Part shown: positions 59,813 to 64,000 of the stretch, piece after piece | How positions within the stretch are numbered: position 1 is the stretch's first letter | Layout of the letters: each line of letters starts with the position of its first letter | NCBI GenBank assembly: GCA_977018835.1 | Contig: OZ361256.1 | Span: 6,696,001 to 6,760,000 of the forward strand | DNA length: 64,000 bases | Source: Minutocellus sp. GHC0000111 | Taxonomy: Eukaryota | Direction: 5' to 3' | Program-made: the position numbers and the translations under genes | Notes under the pieces: model-generated | Database searches by the model: none | What the model was told of the DNA's origin: nothing | Seen by the model: only the letters and a program-made list of their open reading frames with translations

Positions 59813-60759
59813 TTACTTTTTATCTTTGACGGCATCGGATTTTGGTTTGATAGCTCGAGTTTTGCCATTGACGACCACATCGGACTTGCTGAGACGCACC
59901 AATATATTATCGATTGCCTCGGATGCTCGGATGCCTTCTTCTTCCTCCTCCGTGCGAGCACCTGACGGGCGATTGTCCAATATTCTTCGTCTCCGTTTCC
60001 GTCGCCTTTGCGCGGCGCTGGTGGCGAATTCCTCGTCGTCCTCGTCATCGTCCTTGGCCTCGAAATGCCATGTAAATCCGGTGGATGGTTCCCATCTACA
60101 GTAATTTTAGAAGGAAGTGTTGTGAATGAATGAATTGAGAACATACACCAACCGACATACAAAAAGAAATGCAACATCACATACACAACTACGCATTTGA
60201 AGAAGTGGAGAATGCTTTGTTGCCTCATTGACTCAGTACCACACACCAAACGAACTCACCTTGCCGAAGTACTCAGGGCATCACAGGCATCTGACAGGGC
60301 TCCCACTGTCCTAGCGACATTGGCCTTCATCGATCCTCGGACCGTCGGACTTTTATATATCACACCCTCCAACACGTAATAGATACCCAAAACTTTGACC
60401 ACCGCCTGGTTCGATCGGAGAACATGCCGTATGGTGTACATGGGCGATTGCGCCACTTCGTTCGGGTCTTCATCGGGCGGGGGCGGCAGCAGCTCATACT
60501 GCTCTCCGGTCAGATGCTTGAGAGCCAGCGCATACTCCTCCTCGGCCACGGACAGCGTCAGGGGCGGAGGCTTGGCACCGGTGCCCTGCGCCATGAGCAT
60601 GCCGATGTTGATCCCCTGCATCGACAGGACCTCGTTGGACGTGTTGGCCTTGGTCCGAAATGGATTGAGGGGGTGGAGGAAATAATCGAGAACATTGGCG
60701 CGGGACAGGCCGAACCGTGCCAAGAACACCGGATCAACAAACGACGCCGTCTCGGCCAT
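59813..60759 (-). CDS. MED6: Mediator subunit 6; exons 60759-60260 and 60095-59813
   Basis: SFVDPVFL..LSRANVLDYF..NPF..SNE, LTGEQY, YTIRH, YYVLEGVIYKSP; splice gives SAR|WEPSTGFTW. Confidence 0.85.
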
Positions 60760-62027
60760 TGTTGTTGAGTTGGTAAGGTTACTTCGTCAACTTCGCGGTT
60801 CGGAGCGTCACTCTCTGCCACAACTTGCCTCGGACCACAAGGTGCATGTGCTACCAATGGTAATAGAGAGCGGTTCTGATGTGGTAGCCACTAAAGAGGG
60901 GGTAAAATAACGGGAACTTTTCGGGGAAATATATGAGGGAATTAGGTTTGGGGGTAATCTCGGGCAAAAGCCGGCCGTCTCCGGCCATTTGGCGTTCGAA
61001 AAGATTTGAGACACGCCTGTGTACCTGGGTCAATACCCAATGCCAATCTGCCTGCGCGTGAATTAGTACTGATTCCTACGTAGAAGGTAACCCGGATCCA
61101 CCACCCTTTGAGCGGCAAAACCTGCCCGATGCGTTTTTCGCAATTGGATTTTCCTCCCGACCCGTGTTGGAGCTGGTTTTCGGGATATCTCTTTGCGAAT
61201 ACATCGATATGGCCGCGCGGACCCGTTCCCAGGTGGACAGGTGGCCATGGTCGATCGATTCATACCAAAAAATCGCATGCCTACCGGGTGAAAATGGAGC
61301 AATGCCTCTGAACCCATCAAAATGAGAAATCGGATGCCTCCGACGGCGGTCCAGAGGGATGAATCGGGATGGCTGATGATCCCTGAGCCCGATTCCGACG
61401 CATTGAGACTCATTTCCCGTTGGTGTGGTACCAAGGAAGGTGATCTGAGCTTTGGAGCGGCCAACTTTGGCGCAGTATATCAAATTTGGCAACAATCCAC
61501 CACCTCCGCTCCGGAAATTTTACACGTCACGAATTTCGCAGCTGCGCGTCCGCTTGAATTTATGTGCTACCGCAACCAAATCGGCCCCAAACCGCACCGC
61601 CGATCGTCGCAACGTCAAGCATATATCACAGGCAAGATATTCTGCAATTTTGACGTCGTCGGAGGCACGTCTTGTGCCATTTTTATCTACTTTCGACCCT
61701 CCCAACCCGCCGCACGTGCTGACGTATTTTATTCCGGAGGGTCCGACCGACACGATGATATGAATGACATGACGAAAGCGATGATACCAAAGCCAATAAC
61801 ACACTACGAAACGAAACAGTCGGTACGATATCAGTGGACAGCTAAAGTAAATTACTTGATATATCTGCCACCTATCCTAATATTCGTACACATAGAAGAA
61901 CTTATCGGACCGCGGCCGAAAGCGCAAACAAAATTCAAATCTCGTCCGTCCAGGTCCCATAGAAAAAAGTCAAATCACAATAGAACGGAAGAAGACCTGA
62001 TGTCCCAGGTGAGAATGAGCGCGATGC

Positions 62028-63053
62028 TTATTTCTTCTTGGCGGCGGTCTTCTTCTTGGTGGTGGTCTTCTTCTTCTTGGGTGCAGTCTTCTTCTTGGTG
62101 GCGGCCTGAAGTTGGGGTGTGGGGATGGTATGAAAAAATTAGTGGTTAGGTTCGTGCGACCGGAGGAGGGGACGAGATGCGATATTTTCAAACCAACGAC
62201 CGATCCGACCGACCCGACGGTGCTTACCTTCTTCTTGGGGGCGGTCTTCTGTTGGGTCGGATGAGGGTGGGGGAAGAAAATACAAGGAAAAGTTAGTTCG
62301 AGGGGTCCGGAGGTTCTCGCCGAATCCGTTGGATGAGATTTTAAATTTATTGGGACGAGAGGTGAAAATGTAATGTGACGGTACCAAGCCGACCGCATCC
62401 ACGCACCTTCTTGGGGGCAGCCTTCTTCTTGGGAGGGGCGGTGAGCTTCTTCTTGGCCTCGGGGGAGAGCTTGTAGGAGGCCTTGACCATGACGAGGTCG
62501 CCGGACTCAACTCCCTTCTTGAGGGCAGCCTTCATGACGTGCTTGGCGGGGAGAGCGACCTAAAGCGAGGGTACCGGACGCACGGGGAGGGTGGGAAGAA
62601 TCATTTGTGTGAGTTTGGTGGGCAAAAGAGGGCGATAAAAGGTGAAATGGTTGTGGTCCATTTGCCACGTAGAATTCTACGCCCGTTTTGTACCAGAGAA
62701 GGTCCGGAGCGGTATCTCGGCAGGTACTCGGTCGTAGATCGTCGGACCGGACTCCAAACACGTCCCAGGGACGCCCACTACCCAATTCATCGATCGCATC
62801 GCCTCTCGGCATCGCTCGTCGGGTGGCAGGGGAGGAAGAATTCCGATTCCCCAACGACCGTTCGGTTGAACTTTCGTGTCAAATAAAAAAAAGAATTCAA
62901 GCACAAAACCAATTGCTCCCCTCTTGCCGATCGAACCGACTTGGAGCTCACCTTCTTCTCGTTCTCGATCCACTTGTTGATGGCGGGGATGGAGGAGCCG
63001 GTGCGGTCCTTGAGGGCGAGGATAGCCTCCTTGATGAGAGCGATGGTAGCCAT
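62028..63053 (-). CDS. H1: Histone H1; exons 63053-62952, 62559-62407, 62248-62228 and 62105-62028
   Basis: LIKEAILALKDRTGSSIPAINKWI, LKKGVESGDLVMVKASYKL and a K/A/P/T tail; three phase-0 GT-AG introns. Confidence 0.93.
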
Positions 63054-63404
63054 TTTGATGATGGGGTTGGGGGTTTGATGGTTGGTTTGTGACGAGGGGC
63101 GTGAAGGTGCTGGGATTTGTTAGCGTTGTTTAACGTGGATTCCTATTTCTGAGAGGGTTAGGGTTAGGAGGACGATGAGTGTACGAGGTATTTTTTTGTG
63201 GTAAATATTCTTGTTTTCCAGTTTCACCGTATGAAAAAGTTAGTCGCGCCACTTTCTTCCAACTTTATTAGCTTTCCAAGAAAGCGGGCGAAATCGTGAC
63301 TTTAAGTAGCACAAGAAGTCGGCGCCCGGCTCCTGGCCAGCCACACGCACGACTTTGAGTTGGCTGAGAAAGGAGACAAGCAAGCGTTGGCCATAATCAA
63401 AAAC

Positions 63405-64000
63405 ATGTCGTCGTCGATAAACACATCCAACTTGAGCGCCAAGTACAAATGGAGTACGCATCGCGTCCCCGTCCTTCCGCGCCACGACGATGTGGAATTC
63501 TGACACGAGGCCTCCTTATCGAAACATGACGAAGATGGAGTAGAAGGCGAACAAGTAGCGTCGGAACTTTTGCCGCCATGCACAGAAACGCCGAACCAGA
63601 ACCAGCAGCCACCCAAGAGCTTCCTCATCAGATCCCTCAAGCAGGGATCGACCGGTGCCGTCAAGACGTGGCCGGCGTGCGAGGTTTTGCTCGAGTATCT
63701 GGTCCGACGCGGCGGTCTTCGTGATACCGAAGAAAAGAACGATGCATTGGTCTTGGACATGACGTCCCCACCCTCGCCGTCGTCGTCGATCGACTTCATC
63801 GACACACCGACGATGACCGATGATCCCACGCTCAACATTGTCGAGCTGGGCGGTGGCAACGGCACCCTCGGCGTTGGGTTGGCCATGGCCTTGAATGGTG
63901 TTGATGATAAAAATACGATGAAGAACAAGTCCGGCAAGTCCGGCTTTCAGCCCAACGCCAAGATCATGTGCACCGACTACGACCACCGCACGGTCAAGAA
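63405..64000 (+). pseudogene. METTL21-type (Methyltransf_16) lysine methyltransferase with an in-frame TGA at 63501-63503; runs off the window
   Basis: GSTGAVKTWPACEVLLEYL, NIVELGGGNGTLGVGLA, IMCTDY. The ATG at 63405 is in the same frame, 32 codons before the TGA. Confidence 0.72.

Noticed and set aside
60880..61960. ORFs 61063-61495 and 61322-62149, and a possible small element between MED6 and H1
   Set aside because: No protein motifs and no convincing terminal repeats; treated as intergenic or UTR sequence.
63155..63168. GGGTTAGGGTTAGG telomere-like motif upstream of H1
   Set aside because: Only about two units; not an array.

Overview
Eukaryotic nuclear DNA, most likely from a diatom or other ochrophyte: it has a bZIP-LOV aureochrome, ASAF-type bipartite plastid presequences, short GT-AG introns and diatom-type copia remnants. 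About 30 protein-coding loci were read. Apparently intact loci include NTMT1, a Pta-N/DRTGG protein, an MgtC/SapB protein, a Kelch-BTB (LZTR1-like) protein, a mitochondrial EF-G, WDR89, a thioesterase, MED6, histone H1 and a 2H phosphoesterase. They are interleaved with a mariner-like transposase, three TIR elements, and copia, LINE and Transib/Chapaev-like remnants. Three observations stand out. (1) Repeats carry a directional T:A->C:G hypermutation concentrated at TpA (TA->TG/CA) plus micro-duplications, the reverse of RIP or CpG decay. It is seen in a duplicated transposon end, a copia RT and the target sites of two MITEs. (2) Roughly a third of host genes, including the aureochrome and a plastid rubredoxin-like gene, carry one or a few nonsense, frameshift or deletion lesions, suggesting a decaying haplotype or subgenome (or assembly error). 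(3) A 6-kb block at 25.1-31.3 kb that the ORF track fragments can be spliced into two tandem paralogues with a GIY-YIG/T5orf172-like nuclease signature and a near-identical C-terminal domain. All family assignments are from motif recognition by eye; no searches were run.
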